In this document: positions 1 through 9,627 of the stretch, one piece after another
Layout: every line of letters starts with the position of its first letter
Numbering within the stretch: the stretch's first letter is position 1
Source of the DNA: an uncultured Thermococci archaeon
GTDB lineage: Archaea; Methanobacteriota_B; Thermococci; Thermococcales; Thermococcaceae
Length of the DNA: 55,268 bases
Reading direction: 5' to 3'
Assembly: GCA_964487115.1 (NCBI GenBank)
Contig: CAZAPD010000062.1
Coordinates: 1-55,268, forward strand
Translations under genes and position numbers: made by a program
Notes under the pieces: generated by a model
What the model saw: the letters and a program-made list of their open reading frames with translations, nothing else
The model's database searches: none
What the model was told of the DNA's origin: nothing

Positions 1-1
1 C

Positions 2-139
2 CTCCGTGTTGGAAGCATAACCTTCCTCGGCTCCTTCCACAGCGACTCCAAAGTAAAAGAAGGACAAGAAGTCGACGTCGTCTTCGACATGAAAAAAACC
101 CACATCTTCAACAAAAAAACACAAAAAGCAATATTCTGA
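2..139 (+). CDS. malK: 3' end of sugar ABC transporter ATP-binding protein (MalK-type), truncated by the window edge
   Basis: Frame 2 reads LRVGSITFLGSFHSDSKVKEGQEVDVVFDMKKTHIFNKKTQKAIF*, matching the Thermococcales MalK C-terminal TOBE region; a T-tract follows. Confidence 0.85.
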   Translation, partial: LRVGSITFLGSFHSDSKVKEGQEVDVVFDMKKTHIFNKKTQKAIF

Positions 140-277
140 AATTTTTATTTTTTACTTAATTACTTATTGTGAGCATTGCGCAGTCTTTTTAAGGTCTGAA
201 GTATTCTCGGCTCATCCGGATCTGCTGGATATTTGCTGTAACCAAAAAATTTTAAATCCTCCAGCATACCCACTTCC

Positions 278-688
278 ATGCCCATTGAAGATTTTGCCTT
301 TTATCTTAAGGAGAGAGCAAATGGTAGGATTGTTGAAATAGGGGTGGGATTTAACTTTAAGGTGGCACTAAAGCTGAAAGAGCTTGGTATGGATATTTTT
401 GTGGTAGACTGGAACAAAGAATCCATTATCAAGGCCAGAGAACGGGGTCTGGAGGCTTATGTCGACGATGTATTCAACCCCAATTTGAAACTGTATAGGG
501 ATGTTAGGGTTATATATTCCATCAGGCCGACCCCGGAGATTATCAGGCCTATTTTAAGACTTGCGAGAAAACTTGGGGTTCCGGCTTATATACTCCCCTT
601 TTCCCTCGATGAAATGCCCCACGAACTGAAACTTGAAAATTACAAAGATCTGGCAATTTACACAACGGAAAAATTTAAACATACCTAA
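278..688 (+). CDS. UPF0146 family protein
   Basis: IVEIGVG, DDVFNP and IYSIRPTPE motifs; 136 aa. Confidence 0.85.
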   Translation: MPIEDFAFYLKERANGRIVEIGVGFNFKVALKLKELGMDIFVVDWNKESIIKARERGLEAYVDDVFNPNLKLYRDVRVIYSIRPTPEIIRPILRLARKLGVPAYILPFSLDEMPHELKLENYKDLAIYTTEKFKHT

Positions 689-708
689 AATCCAGAAAGC
701 AATGAGCG

Positions 709-1386
709 ATGGATATGGTGAAACATCTACGCCTACTGGTGCTAAATGATAATGAGCCTGCTTTAGGTCTCTTAAATGAATGGGGCTGGAGTATTTTTGC
801 TGAATCTGAAAAATGGAGTTTTCTCTTTGATGCAGACACAAACCCTTGGATTATACAGCATAACTCAAGGGTACTCGGTGTTGACTTAAAAAAGCTGAAT
901 TTTGGGTTTTTAAGCCATTATCATTTGGATCATTATGGGGGCTATAGATATATTGGGAATATAAAACCCGGTCTAAAGCTTTATGCTCCATCAAGAAGCA
1001 GCTTCTTAGAAAAATACGGACTTCGAGTATTTGCCGTTGAAAATGCCACTGAAGTAGAACAAGATGTGTGGAGCAGTGGTTCGATTAAAGGGGAACATGC
1101 AGCAGGTTTGATTGTTAGAAATAAGCTTGTGGTGGTTGTTGGATGTTCTCATCCCGGGGTTGACAAGCTTACAGAGACTCTTATGGATGCTACAGGACTT
1201 GAGATCCATCTCGTGATTGGAGGGTTTCACATGCCGGAAAAGAAGGGGATTGATAGGCTTGCATCAATAACAGAATTCATATGTCCTGCCCACTGTACCG
1301 GCAACCGTGCTAAAGAGTATATAAAACATAAATATCCTGAAAAATATTGTGTTGTTAAAACTGGAACTGAGATTTTAGTGGGGTGA
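709..1386 (+). CDS. MBL-fold metallo-hydrolase
   Basis: SHYHLDHYGG (HxHxDH), GCSHPG, GGFH and PAHCTG motifs. Confidence 0.9.
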   Translation: MDMVKHLRLLVLNDNEPALGLLNEWGWSIFAESEKWSFLFDADTNPWIIQHNSRVLGVDLKKLNFGFLSHYHLDHYGGYRYIGNIKPGLKLYAPSRSSFLEKYGLRVFAVENATEVEQDVWSSGSIKGEHAAGLIVRNKLVVVVGCSHPGVDKLTETLMDATGLEIHLVIGGFHMPEKKGIDRLASITEFICPAHCTGNRAKEYIKHKYPEKYCVVKTGTEILVG

Positions 1387-2759
1387 TTCATGTGAAGCTT
1401 TTTGGAACAGCTGGAATTAGAGGTCCAATAAATGAGAAGGTTACAGCGGATTTAGCATTAAAGGTTGGGAAATCTCTTGGGACGTATATTCGGGAAGGAA
1501 GGGTAACTGTTGCAAGAGATGCAAGAACTTCAAGCATAATGCTTGAAAATGCCCTCGTCTCGGGGCTGTTGAGTACGGGAGTTGAGGTTGTAGAGCTCGG
1601 GCTCATTCCTACACCTGCCTTGGCATGGAGTACAAAACAGCTCGGTGATGCGGGGGTTATGATAACAGCCTCTCACAATCCACCCACTGATAACGGCATC
1701 AAGGTCTTCAACGGAGAAGGAATAGAGTTCTATCTTGAGCAGGAGGAAGAACTTGAGAGGATAATTTTTTCAGGGGAATACAAAAGAGCAGCGTGGGATG
1801 AGATAAAAAATATCAGGAGAAGAGACATTATAGACGACTACATCGATGCAGTTTTAGATTTCGTGAATCATGAGACCCGCCTGAAGGTTCTTCTGGACGA
1901 GGCAAATGGAGCCGGTTCAGTTGTGGCACCTTACCTTCTTCGGGAGATGGGGGCAAAAGTGATAACCATCAATGCACATCCTGACGGACATTTTCCGGGG
2001 AGAAAACCTGAGCCGAGATATGAAAACATAGCCTATCTTGGCCCTCTTGTGAAGGAGCTTGGTGTGAATCTTGCTATAGCGCAGGATGGGGATGCTGACA
2101 GGATAGCAGTTTTTGATGAGAAAGGCAATTATGTCGATGAGGATACTCTTATAGCTCTCTTTGCAAAGCTCTATGTGGAGGAACACGGTGGAGGGACAGT
2201 TGTTACTTCAATAAACACTGGTTCCAGGATAGATAAGGTTGTTGAGGATGGTGGAGGCAAGGTTTATCGCGTTCCCCTTGGTCAGCCTCATGATGGCATA
2301 AAAAGGTACAATGCAATCTTCGCCGCAGAGCCATGGAAGCTCATTCATCCGAAGTTTGGTCTCTGGATAGATAGCTTTGTCACCATGGGTCTGTTAATAA
2401 AGCTCATAGATGAGAGCGGAAAATCCCTTTCCGAGCTGGTTAAGGAAATTCCAACATATTATCTTATCAAAAAGAACGTTAAATGTCCGGAGGAATACAA
2501 AAAGGTGGTTCTTGATATGGCACAGCACGAGCTCCAAAAGGCTTTAAGAGATGAAATAAAGGAGGTCCTCACAATCTCCGGCTTCAGATTTAACCTCATC
2601 GATGGTTCATGGGTTCTGGTGAGGCCGAGTGGAACTGAGCCAAAGATAAGGGTCGTGGTGGAGGGTGTCACAGAAAAAAGGAAAGAGGAGCTCTTCAAAC
2701 TTGCTTACGAAATCGTCAGCAAAGCCGTTGGGAGACTCAAACAAAGCGGGCAGGTCTGA
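1383..2759 (+). CDS. phosphohexomutase-family enzyme, most likely archaeal phosphopentomutase (start possibly 1392)
   Basis: FGTAGIRG, catalytic TASHNP, metal loop DGDADR and RPSGTEPKIR; the sugar loop AAEPWK replaces the usual GEES, as in T. kodakarensis phosphopentomutase. Confidence 0.85.
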   Translation: MIHVKLFGTAGIRGPINEKVTADLALKVGKSLGTYIREGRVTVARDARTSSIMLENALVSGLLSTGVEVVELGLIPTPALAWSTKQLGDAGVMITASHNPPTDNGIKVFNGEGIEFYLEQEEELERIIFSGEYKRAAWDEIKNIRRRDIIDDYIDAVLDFVNHETRLKVLLDEANGAGSVVAPYLLREMGAKVITINAHPDGHFPGRKPEPRYENIAYLGPLVKELGVNLAIAQDGDADRIAVFDEKGNYVDEDTLIALFAKLYVEEHGGGTVVTSINTGSRIDKVVEDGGGKVYRVPLGQPHDGIKRYNAIFAAEPWKLIHPKFGLWIDSFVTMGLLIKLIDESGKSLSELVKEIPTYYLIKKNVKCPEEYKKVVLDMAQHELQKALRDEIKEVLTISGFRFNLIDGSWVLVRPSGTEPKIRVVVEGVTEKRKEELFKLAYEIVSKAVGRLKQSGQV

Positions 2760-3552
2760 GAGTTTTCACCGCTACCTCCTTTTTATTCATCATGACCTTA
2801 AAACCTTCCTTTGCAACGAAGGTCTTAACACCTGTGATGTTCTCTATGAATTTGGCTTCCTTGTATGGATTGGCAAAATGCATCTTCATGCCTATGTGGT
2901 TCATGACAATCACTTCAGGCTTCTGCCGCATGGTTTTCAACATGTAAACAACATCCTCAGTGCATAGGTGGTAGGGTATCCTCATGTCCCTTGGCCGGGT
3001 TATTGCTATGATCATAAGCCTTGAGCCTTCGTGCCATTTTTTCAGCTCATCGAAATACTGTGTATCTGGTATGTAGGAGATATCCCCAAATCTCGTCCCC
3101 ATTCGAAAACCTATGGTTGTAGGGTCGGAATGCATGGAGGGCGTTATTGTAAGCTCTTCCTCCCCTAAGGATAACCTGTTCCCGGGCTCTGGTGTGTGAA
3201 CCTCTTCGAGAGAATCGAGATGATATTTGGAAACCGCGGGATTATAGCTGTTATCTCCATAAACAACGCTTTTTGATGCTATGAGGACGCCTCTCTTCTT
3301 GAGAGCCCCTCCGGTCATGGCCTCTATCATTATCTCTGCATCATTACAATGGTCGACATGTCTGTGGGAAACGAATATGACATCAAGTTTTCTTGGATCA
3401 AGCTTATAGCGCCATGAGCGTACCAGTGCACCTGGTCCTGGGTCAACATACATATTTATACTGGCTCTGATGAAAAATCCTCCAGTCGAACGGAATTGGG
3501 TTATAGTGATAAATCTACCGCCGCCACTGCCTAAGAATGTTACCTCTATCAC
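2737..3552 (-). CDS. MBL-fold metallo-hydrolase (PhnP/RNase Z-like)
   Basis: FLGSGGG and SHRHVDH motifs; GTG start at 3552 preceded by a GGAGGTG RBS. Confidence 0.88.
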   Translation of the reverse strand: MIEVTFLGSGGGRFITITQFRSTGGFFIRASINMYVDPGPGALVRSWRYKLDPRKLDVIFVSHRHVDHCNDAEIMIEAMTGGALKKRGVLIASKSVVYGDNSYNPAVSKYHLDSLEEVHTPEPGNRLSLGEEELTITPSMHSDPTTIGFRMGTRFGDISYIPDTQYFDELKKWHEGSRLMIIAITRPRDMRIPYHLCTEDVVYMLKTMRQKPEVIVMNHIGMKMHFANPYKEAKFIENITGVKTFVAKEGFKVMMNKKEVAVKTLRPARFV

Positions 3553-3779
3553 TGGCACACCTCCGTTTCTTTTTCCAGACAGTAAAACTAAGCCAATTGG
3601 GTATATAAGATATTTGGCTTTCCGAACTTTCTCTGATATTCTATGAAAAATGTTTAGAAAAGCAACCCAAATAATCGCTGGTGAATATGAGTGATTTTTA
3701 TTATTACTTATTATCAATCACTAATTTTGCACCAAAAACAGTTTAAAGTGCTCAGTGTAAAATTAGAGTGGTGATACTC

Positions 3780-5039
3780 ATGGTGGAAATCGGGGATGTT
3801 TCTAGGGAGGTTGAGAGGCTTCGGAGTGATATGGTTAAAACTTTAATGGAGTTTGTTGGGGTTCCGGCTGTTAGTCCGGATTATGGGTATGAGGGGGAGT
3901 ATGAGAAGGCTCGGAAGTTGCTTGAGTTGATAAGGGGTTGGCCTTTTGATAGGGTTGAGGTTTATAATGCTCCTGATGAGCGTGCGAGGAATGGTGTCAG
4001 ACCGAATATTTTGGCTTATTATTATGGTCGGGATGGTGAGAAGAGCCAGCGTCTTTGGATTCTTACGCATTTGGATGTTGTTCCGCCGGGTGAGGGTTGG
4101 ACGGTTACTGAACCTTTCAAGCCTCTCGTCAGGGATGGGAAGGTTTATGGTAGGGGGAGTGAGGATAATGGGCAGAGTTTGGTTGCTTCGCTTTATGCGG
4201 TTAAAGCAATGATGAACCTTGGAATTAGGCCGAAGAGGACAATTATACTCGCCTTTGTCAGTGATGAGGAAACGGGAAGCAAGTATGGTGTTGAGTGGTT
4301 GATGAAGGAGCACTCGGAATTGTTCAGGAGGGATGACCTTGTTCTTGTTCCTGATGGTGGGAACGAGGAGGGGACTTTTATTGAGGTTGCGGAGAAGAGT
4401 ATTCTGTGGCTTAGGGTTAGGGTTAAGGGTAAGCAGGTTCATGCGAGTATGCCGGGTAAGGGTTTAAACGCTCACCGTGTAGCACTGGATTTTGCTTATC
4501 ATCTGGATAAGCTCCTCCATGAGAAGTATGATGCTGCGGATGGTCTTTTTGACCCGCCGGAGAGTACTTTTGAGCCGACGATGGTTAGGAATCCGGCTGA
4601 TAGTCCGAATATTGTCCCGGGGGAGCACGAGGTGGTTTTTGACTGTAGGATTTTGCCAAAGTATAGCATAGATGAAGTACTGGAGGACGCTAAAAAGCTG
4701 GCCGGGGAGGTTAAGGAGGAGTACAGGCGGGAGTTTTATGGTGAGGTTTTGCCGGAGATTGAATTCGAGGTTATTCAGCGTTTGGATGCTCCCGCTCCAA
4801 CGGACCCGAACAGTGAGATAGTGGAACTCCTCCAGGAGGCTCTCTGGAGGCTCCGCGGGAAAAAAGCCAAAATCGGCGGAATCGGCGGCGGAACCTTTGC
4901 GGCCTACTTCAGGAAGCTTGGCATTCCTGCCGTTGTCTGGGCAACTTTAGATGAGACCGCCCATCAGCCCAATGAGTACGCTAAGATAGACAACATGGTC
5001 GAGGATGCTAAAGTCATGGCAGCTTTAGCTCTTCTCTGA
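3780..5039 (+). CDS. M20 family metallopeptidase (DapE/ArgE-like)
   Basis: THLDVVP, GRGSEDNG, SDEETGS, HASMP and AHQPNE motifs; GGTGA RBS before ATG 3780. Confidence 0.92.
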   Translation: MVEIGDVSREVERLRSDMVKTLMEFVGVPAVSPDYGYEGEYEKARKLLELIRGWPFDRVEVYNAPDERARNGVRPNILAYYYGRDGEKSQRLWILTHLDVVPPGEGWTVTEPFKPLVRDGKVYGRGSEDNGQSLVASLYAVKAMMNLGIRPKRTIILAFVSDEETGSKYGVEWLMKEHSELFRRDDLVLVPDGGNEEGTFIEVAEKSILWLRVRVKGKQVHASMPGKGLNAHRVALDFAYHLDKLLHEKYDAADGLFDPPESTFEPTMVRNPADSPNIVPGEHEVVFDCRILPKYSIDEVLEDAKKLAGEVKEEYRREFYGEVLPEIEFEVIQRLDAPAPTDPNSEIVELLQEALWRLRGKKAKIGGIGGGTFAAYFRKLGIPAVVWATLDETAHQPNEYAKIDNMVEDAKVMAALALL

Positions 5040-5048
5040 TTTTCAGGT

Positions 5049-5073
5049 CTCGCCCTTCAAGGCGGGGAGGTCA
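5049..5073 (+). mobile_element. isolated IS200/IS605-type right-end remnant (hairpin plus GGGAGGTCA)
   Basis: CTCGCC-CTTCAA-GGCGGG hairpin followed by GAGGTCA; the same GGGAGGTCA ends the tnpB remnant at 41909-41917. Confidence 0.55.
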
Positions 5074-5152
5074 CTTTTCTTTTACTTCAAACCATTTTGA
5101 AGCCATAAGAGGATATTTATACTATTGTGAATAATAATCCATGGTGGGATGA

Positions 5153-6409
5153 ATGACCGTGAAAATTGCTGTCATTATTCTCTCCATTATTGTTCTGGCC
5201 AGTGGGTGTGTAACAGCTCCACAATCACAAACAGAGTCACGCACTGCCCCCAATACTTCCAGTGATGTTCTAAGTCCTATGCAGACCCCGGAGGTTCAGG
5301 GAATTGCTGATGCCAACAATCTATTTACGCTCGAACTCTACCGAAGGCTTCCAAGCGGTAGAAATGTATTCTTCTCACCCTTCAGCATATTCATAGCACT
5401 TGCAATGACATATGAGGGAGCGAGAGGAAAAACCGCTGAAGAGATGGGAAATGTGCTCCATCTTCCGAGCAATGCCTCCCTGCGTAGAGATGCTTTCAGA
5501 ACTGTCCTCCTCGAAGCTGAAAATCCAACAGGTCTTAATCTCCGAATAGCGAATGCCCTCTGGGTTCAGAAGGGTTTTCCGATTAAAGAGGGCTACCTGA
5601 ATGTTATAGAGAAATACTATCTCGGACATGTGGAGAATGTAGACTTCAAGCAAAACCCGAGAGGTGCGGAAAAGGAGATAAACAAATGGGTGGAAGAACA
5701 AACGAATGGAAGGATAAAGAACCTCGTTAGTGGCCTGTCTCCACTTACGAGGCTGATTATAACGAATGCTGTCTATTTTAAGGCCAACTGGTCACTCAGA
5801 TTCAATCCAAATGATACCCATAATGGTACTTTCAGATTGTCTTCTGGCAAAGCAGTTCTTGTTCCCATGATGCACAGAAAAGGCCAATTTGGATACGCTG
5901 AGACCGGTGATCTTCAGGTTCTTGAGATGCCCTACAGTGGGGATATCACTCACAGATTCAGCATGTTGATAATTCTGCCGAAAAATAGGTTGAGTGCTGT
6001 TGAGGAAAAACTCACGCCGCAGTTCATTAAGGAACTCATGAACTCAACAAAACCTCAGAAAGTCGATGTAACGATTCCAAAATTCAGATTTGAAACTGAG
6101 TACCATCTGAGCAGAATTCTTCAGGAAATGGGTATGCAAGAGGCGTTTACAGATGAAGCTGATTTTTCGGGAATTTCAGAAAAACCTCTGGCAATCAGTG
6201 ATGTCATTCACAAGACCTTCATAAGTGTCGCTGAGAATGGCACCGAGGCTGCAGCTGCAACGGCTGTGATATTAACAGCGGTCTCTGTCTCTGAAACGGA
6301 AGAGCAATACAAGGTCTTCAAGGCAGATCATCCATTCATTTTCATGATAATTGACAAGGAGAATGGAATGATACTCTTCATGGGAAGGCTTGAAGACCCG
6401 AGGGGTTAG
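5153..6409 (+). CDS. serpin, predicted lipoprotein
   Basis: Lipobox LASGC; FSPFSI; NAVYFKANW; hinge ENGTEAAAAT; signature FKADHPFIFMI. Confidence 0.96.
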   Translation: MTVKIAVIILSIIVLASGCVTAPQSQTESRTAPNTSSDVLSPMQTPEVQGIADANNLFTLELYRRLPSGRNVFFSPFSIFIALAMTYEGARGKTAEEMGNVLHLPSNASLRRDAFRTVLLEAENPTGLNLRIANALWVQKGFPIKEGYLNVIEKYYLGHVENVDFKQNPRGAEKEINKWVEEQTNGRIKNLVSGLSPLTRLIITNAVYFKANWSLRFNPNDTHNGTFRLSSGKAVLVPMMHRKGQFGYAETGDLQVLEMPYSGDITHRFSMLIILPKNRLSAVEEKLTPQFIKELMNSTKPQKVDVTIPKFRFETEYHLSRILQEMGMQEAFTDEADFSGISEKPLAISDVIHKTFISVAENGTEAAAATAVILTAVSVSETEEQYKVFKADHPFIFMIIDKENGMILFMGRLEDPRG

Positions 6410-6555
6410 TCTTCTTTTCTTTATCCCACCTGAAATATCTAATCCAAAGTCGCCATTAACAACCACCAATAATGTCTTAATAGCATCTTAAATCTCTCAT
6501 AACTTCCGAATAAATAACCCACAAAGCTGAAAAACTTCCGTGCTGATTATGTCCC

Positions 6556-7299
6556 ATGCCCACCTGGAAGGACGGAAAGCTCGGTCTTCCGATCAGCGAG
6601 GCCCTTAAGCTCTTCCCCGAGCTTGAGCGGTACCTCGATGAACGCGGCAGGCTCGACTTCTCGAACAGAAAAGCCAGAATACTATACAACAGAGCCGTAG
6701 CGAAAGCTCTCTTCGGGCTGGACATAGAGTACCACCCGCGCGGGCTCGTCACCACCCCGGTTTCGCGTTACATCTTTCTCAAGACCTTCCTCAGGGGCGG
6801 TGAGAGGGTTCTGGAGATAGGGACGGGGCACACAGCAATGATGGCCTTGATGGCGGCTAAGCTCTTCAACTGCGACGTCACCGCGACGGAGCTCGACGAG
6901 GAGTTCTTCGAGTACGCGAGAAGGAACATCGAGCAGAACAGTGCCCGGGTAAGGCTCCTCAAAAGCGGCGGCGGGATAATCTGCGGTGTGGTTCCGGAGG
7001 GGGAGATATTCGACGTGGTCTTCTCGGCTCCCCCGTACTACGAGGGGCCGACGAAAGGGGTTCTGACGGAGAGGGAAGGCGTCGGTGGGGGAAAACACGG
7101 CGAGGGCTTTTCAGTGAGGCTCATCGAGGAGGCGCTGGACTATTTGAAGCCGGGCGGAAGGGTAGCCCTCTTCCTTCCCGACAAGGGGCCGCTGATAGAG
7201 GCCGTGGAAGAAAAGGGAAAGGAACTGGGCTACTCCGTCAGGGACGTACGCTTTAAGGTGGGTACAAGGTGGAGGCACAGTTTGATACTGAAAAAATGA
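6556..7299 (+). CDS. class I SAM-dependent methyltransferase (RlmF-related)
   Basis: VLEIGTG and SAPPY motifs; strongly GC3-rich codons. Confidence 0.88.
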   Translation: MPTWKDGKLGLPISEALKLFPELERYLDERGRLDFSNRKARILYNRAVAKALFGLDIEYHPRGLVTTPVSRYIFLKTFLRGGERVLEIGTGHTAMMALMAAKLFNCDVTATELDEEFFEYARRNIEQNSARVRLLKSGGGIICGVVPEGEIFDVVFSAPPYYEGPTKGVLTEREGVGGGKHGEGFSVRLIEEALDYLKPGGRVALFLPDKGPLIEAVEEKGKELGYSVRDVRFKVGTRWRHSLILKK

Positions 7300-7303
7300 A
7301 AGG

Positions 7304-7549
7304 TCAGGTCACGATGAGCCCTATGACCTGCCCCTGCGCCACCTCCTCGTTCTCCTTAACCAGAATCTTAAGCTTCCCGCTCGCCGGGGCCTTAACGTGC
7401 ATGGTGACCTTCTCTATCATGACTTCCGCTATCTCCTCGCCCTCTTCGACGGAATCGCCGTCGTTCTTGTACCAGCTCAGCAGGACGCCGGTTTTATCCT
7501 CCTTCGTCGTCCGGGGTACCTTGACCTCTACCTCCATTCTGCCGCTCAC
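7304..7549 (-). CDS. stand-alone lipoyl (biotin/lipoyl attachment) domain protein
   Basis: 81 aa; W..DGDSVEEGEEIAEVMIEKVT..VKAPASGKL with the carrier Lys in EKV. Confidence 0.9.
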   Translation of the reverse strand: MSGRMEVEVKVPRTTKEDKTGVLLSWYKNDGDSVEEGEEIAEVMIEKVTMHVKAPASGKLKILVKENEEVAQGQVIGLIVT

Positions 7550-8550
7550 CCGAGCATGTCCTTCACTGTCCCCACTATCTTCTCCCTGTCGGGCAGGACG
7601 AACCTCTCCAGTACCCTGCTGTAGGGAACAGGAACGTCCGGATAGGCTATCCTTCTCGGAAGGGCCTTGAGCTCGTTTCCTATCCTTTCGACGACGGTGG
7701 TTATTATCTCGCCGCTCATTCCGTAGCTCATGTAGTCCTCATCCACGACGAGAAGCCTCCCAGTCTTCCTGACAGAGTTTATGAGGGTCTCCCTATCGAG
7801 GGGAACGAGGGTCCTCAGGTCAATGACCTCCGCACTTATTCCACTCTTCTCAAGCTCTTCCGCGGCCCACAGGGCCTCGTAGACTGTTCTTGATACAGTT
7901 GCTATCGTAACGTCGTCACCTTCCCTCACGATTTTCGCCTCCCCTAGGGGGACGGTGTAGGGCTCTTCGGGCACTTCGACCGCGGCTTCGTCCGGGGAGG
8001 GCATCCATCCGAGTCCCATCAGCCCCTTGTGGAAGAAGTACATGACGGGGTTGTCGTCCCTTATAGAGGATATCATCAGCCCTTTGGCGTCGTAGGAGTT
8101 GGAAGGGATGACTATCTTGAGTCCCGGAACGTGGGCAAACAGACCGTAGAGGCACTGGGAGTGCTGGGCCGCGTCGCTGTAGCCTCCGCCGATAGCGGTC
8201 GTTATAACTATGGGCATCCTGACCTGCCCGCCGGACATGTAGTGCGCCTTGGCGATGTGGTTGTATATCTGATCCATCGCCACGCCGAAGAAGTCCACGA
8301 ACATCAGCTCGACTATCGGCCTCATACCCTTCGATGCGGCTCCGAGGGCGGCGCCTATGAAAGCCGACTCGCTTATGGGAGTGTCTCTGACCCTTTCGGG
8401 GCCGAACTTCTCAAGTAGACCGTTTGTGGCCCCAAAGATTCCGCCGTAGGCTCCTATGTCCTCACCCATAACGAAGACGTTCTCGTCACGCTCCATCTCC
8501 TGAGCTATTGCCTCCGCTATTGCCTTGTACATGGGGAGCTTTCTCGCCAT
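7546..8550 (-). CDS. TPP-dependent 2-oxoacid/acetoin dehydrogenase E1 beta subunit (copy 2)
   Basis: GEDIG, DTPISE, HSQ and DLRTLVPLD motifs; ATG at 8550. Confidence 0.93.
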   Translation of the reverse strand: MARKLPMYKAIAEAIAQEMERDENVFVMGEDIGAYGGIFGATNGLLEKFGPERVRDTPISESAFIGAALGAASKGMRPIVELMFVDFFGVAMDQIYNHIAKAHYMSGGQVRMPIVITTAIGGGYSDAAQHSQCLYGLFAHVPGLKIVIPSNSYDAKGLMISSIRDDNPVMYFFHKGLMGLGWMPSPDEAAVEVPEEPYTVPLGEAKIVREGDDVTIATVSRTVYEALWAAEELEKSGISAEVIDLRTLVPLDRETLINSVRKTGRLLVVDEDYMSYGMSGEIITTVVERIGNELKALPRRIAYPDVPVPYSRVLERFVLPDREKIVGTVKDMLG

Positions 8551-8551
8551 C

Positions 8552-9556
8552 TCACTCACCCCCCGCAAAAACGCCCTTTAGGGCCTCTTCTGGTTCGGGA
8601 TACGGACTGTTAAGGGCGAAGTCTATGGCTTCCTGAACTTCCTTCTCGTTCTGCTCCTCGATTCTCGCCAGTTCCTCCTCAGTGGCGATTCCCTTCTCAA
8701 GGAGCAGTTTCCTGAAGTTGGCCAGGGGATCCTTCTCCTTCGCCAGTTCGAAGTCCTCCTTTGGACGGTATAGCTGGGGATCCCCTTCGAAGTGCCCCCT
8801 GAGCCTGTAGGTTCTAACCTCTATGAGGCTCGGCCCCTCCCCGCGTCTGGCTCTCTCAACGGCCTCCTTGGCGACTTCATAGACGGCTATAACGTCGGCA
8901 CCGTCGACACTAACCCCAGGGATGCCGTAGGCCTTGGCCCTTTCGCTGTTCTTTGCCACGGCGGTTGATTTGTCCTTTGGAACCGAGATAGCCCAGCCGT
9001 TGTCCTCTATCAGGAATATAACCGGCAGCTTCCAGACCGCCGCAAGGTTGAGGGCCTCGTGGAAAGTCCCCTGATTGGCCGCTCCGTCACCGCCAACGGC
9101 AACTGCTACGTAGTCCTCGCCCTTCAGTTTGGCAGCGATGCCAACTCCAACGGCCTGGGGAAAGCTCGCACCGACTATACCACTGCAGCTGAAGTTTTTG
9201 GCGGCATCAAATAGGTGCATGTGTCCGCCCTTGCCTCCGGAGAGACCGGTAGCCTTGCCGAATATCTCAGCAGTCATTCTCTTCAGGTCAACACCCTTGG
9301 CTATTGCAAAGTGGTGGGCCCTGTGGGTTCCTATAACAGCGTCCTCATCCTTCAGGTGTATGCAGACACCAACCGCAGCGGACTCCTGTCCCGAGGAGAG
9401 GTGAAGCTCTCCCGGAATCGGGCCGGCAGATATGTCGAAGCGCGGACTCTTTCCCTCATAGTACCACTTGGCCAGGGTCTCCTCGTACGTTCTAATCTTA
9501 TGCATCGTCCCGTATATCTCCAGTAGGGTTTCCTTCGGTATTTCCTCAACTTCCAT
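8552..9556 (-). CDS. TPP-dependent dehydrogenase E1 alpha subunit (copy 2)
   Basis: THRAH; TPP motif GDGAANQG...EDN; YRLRGHFEGD. Confidence 0.93.
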   Translation of the reverse strand: MEVEEIPKETLLEIYGTMHKIRTYEETLAKWYYEGKSPRFDISAGPIPGELHLSSGQESAAVGVCIHLKDEDAVIGTHRAHHFAIAKGVDLKRMTAEIFGKATGLSGGKGGHMHLFDAAKNFSCSGIVGASFPQAVGVGIAAKLKGEDYVAVAVGGDGAANQGTFHEALNLAAVWKLPVIFLIEDNGWAISVPKDKSTAVAKNSERAKAYGIPGVSVDGADVIAVYEVAKEAVERARRGEGPSLIEVRTYRLRGHFEGDPQLYRPKEDFELAKEKDPLANFRKLLLEKGIATEEELARIEEQNEKEVQEAIDFALNSPYPEPEEALKGVFAGGE

Positions 9557-9627
9557 TCTCCCACCTGCCTTTTCCGTTTATTTGACTGGAGTGATTCAAT
9601 CAGCGTCAAACGTCAAAAAAGAAAGTC

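Noticed and set aside
3843..4442. 199-aa minus-strand ORF rich in N/P/L/T
   Set aside because: Shadow of the G/T-skewed M20 peptidase codons; no RBS or recognisable motif.
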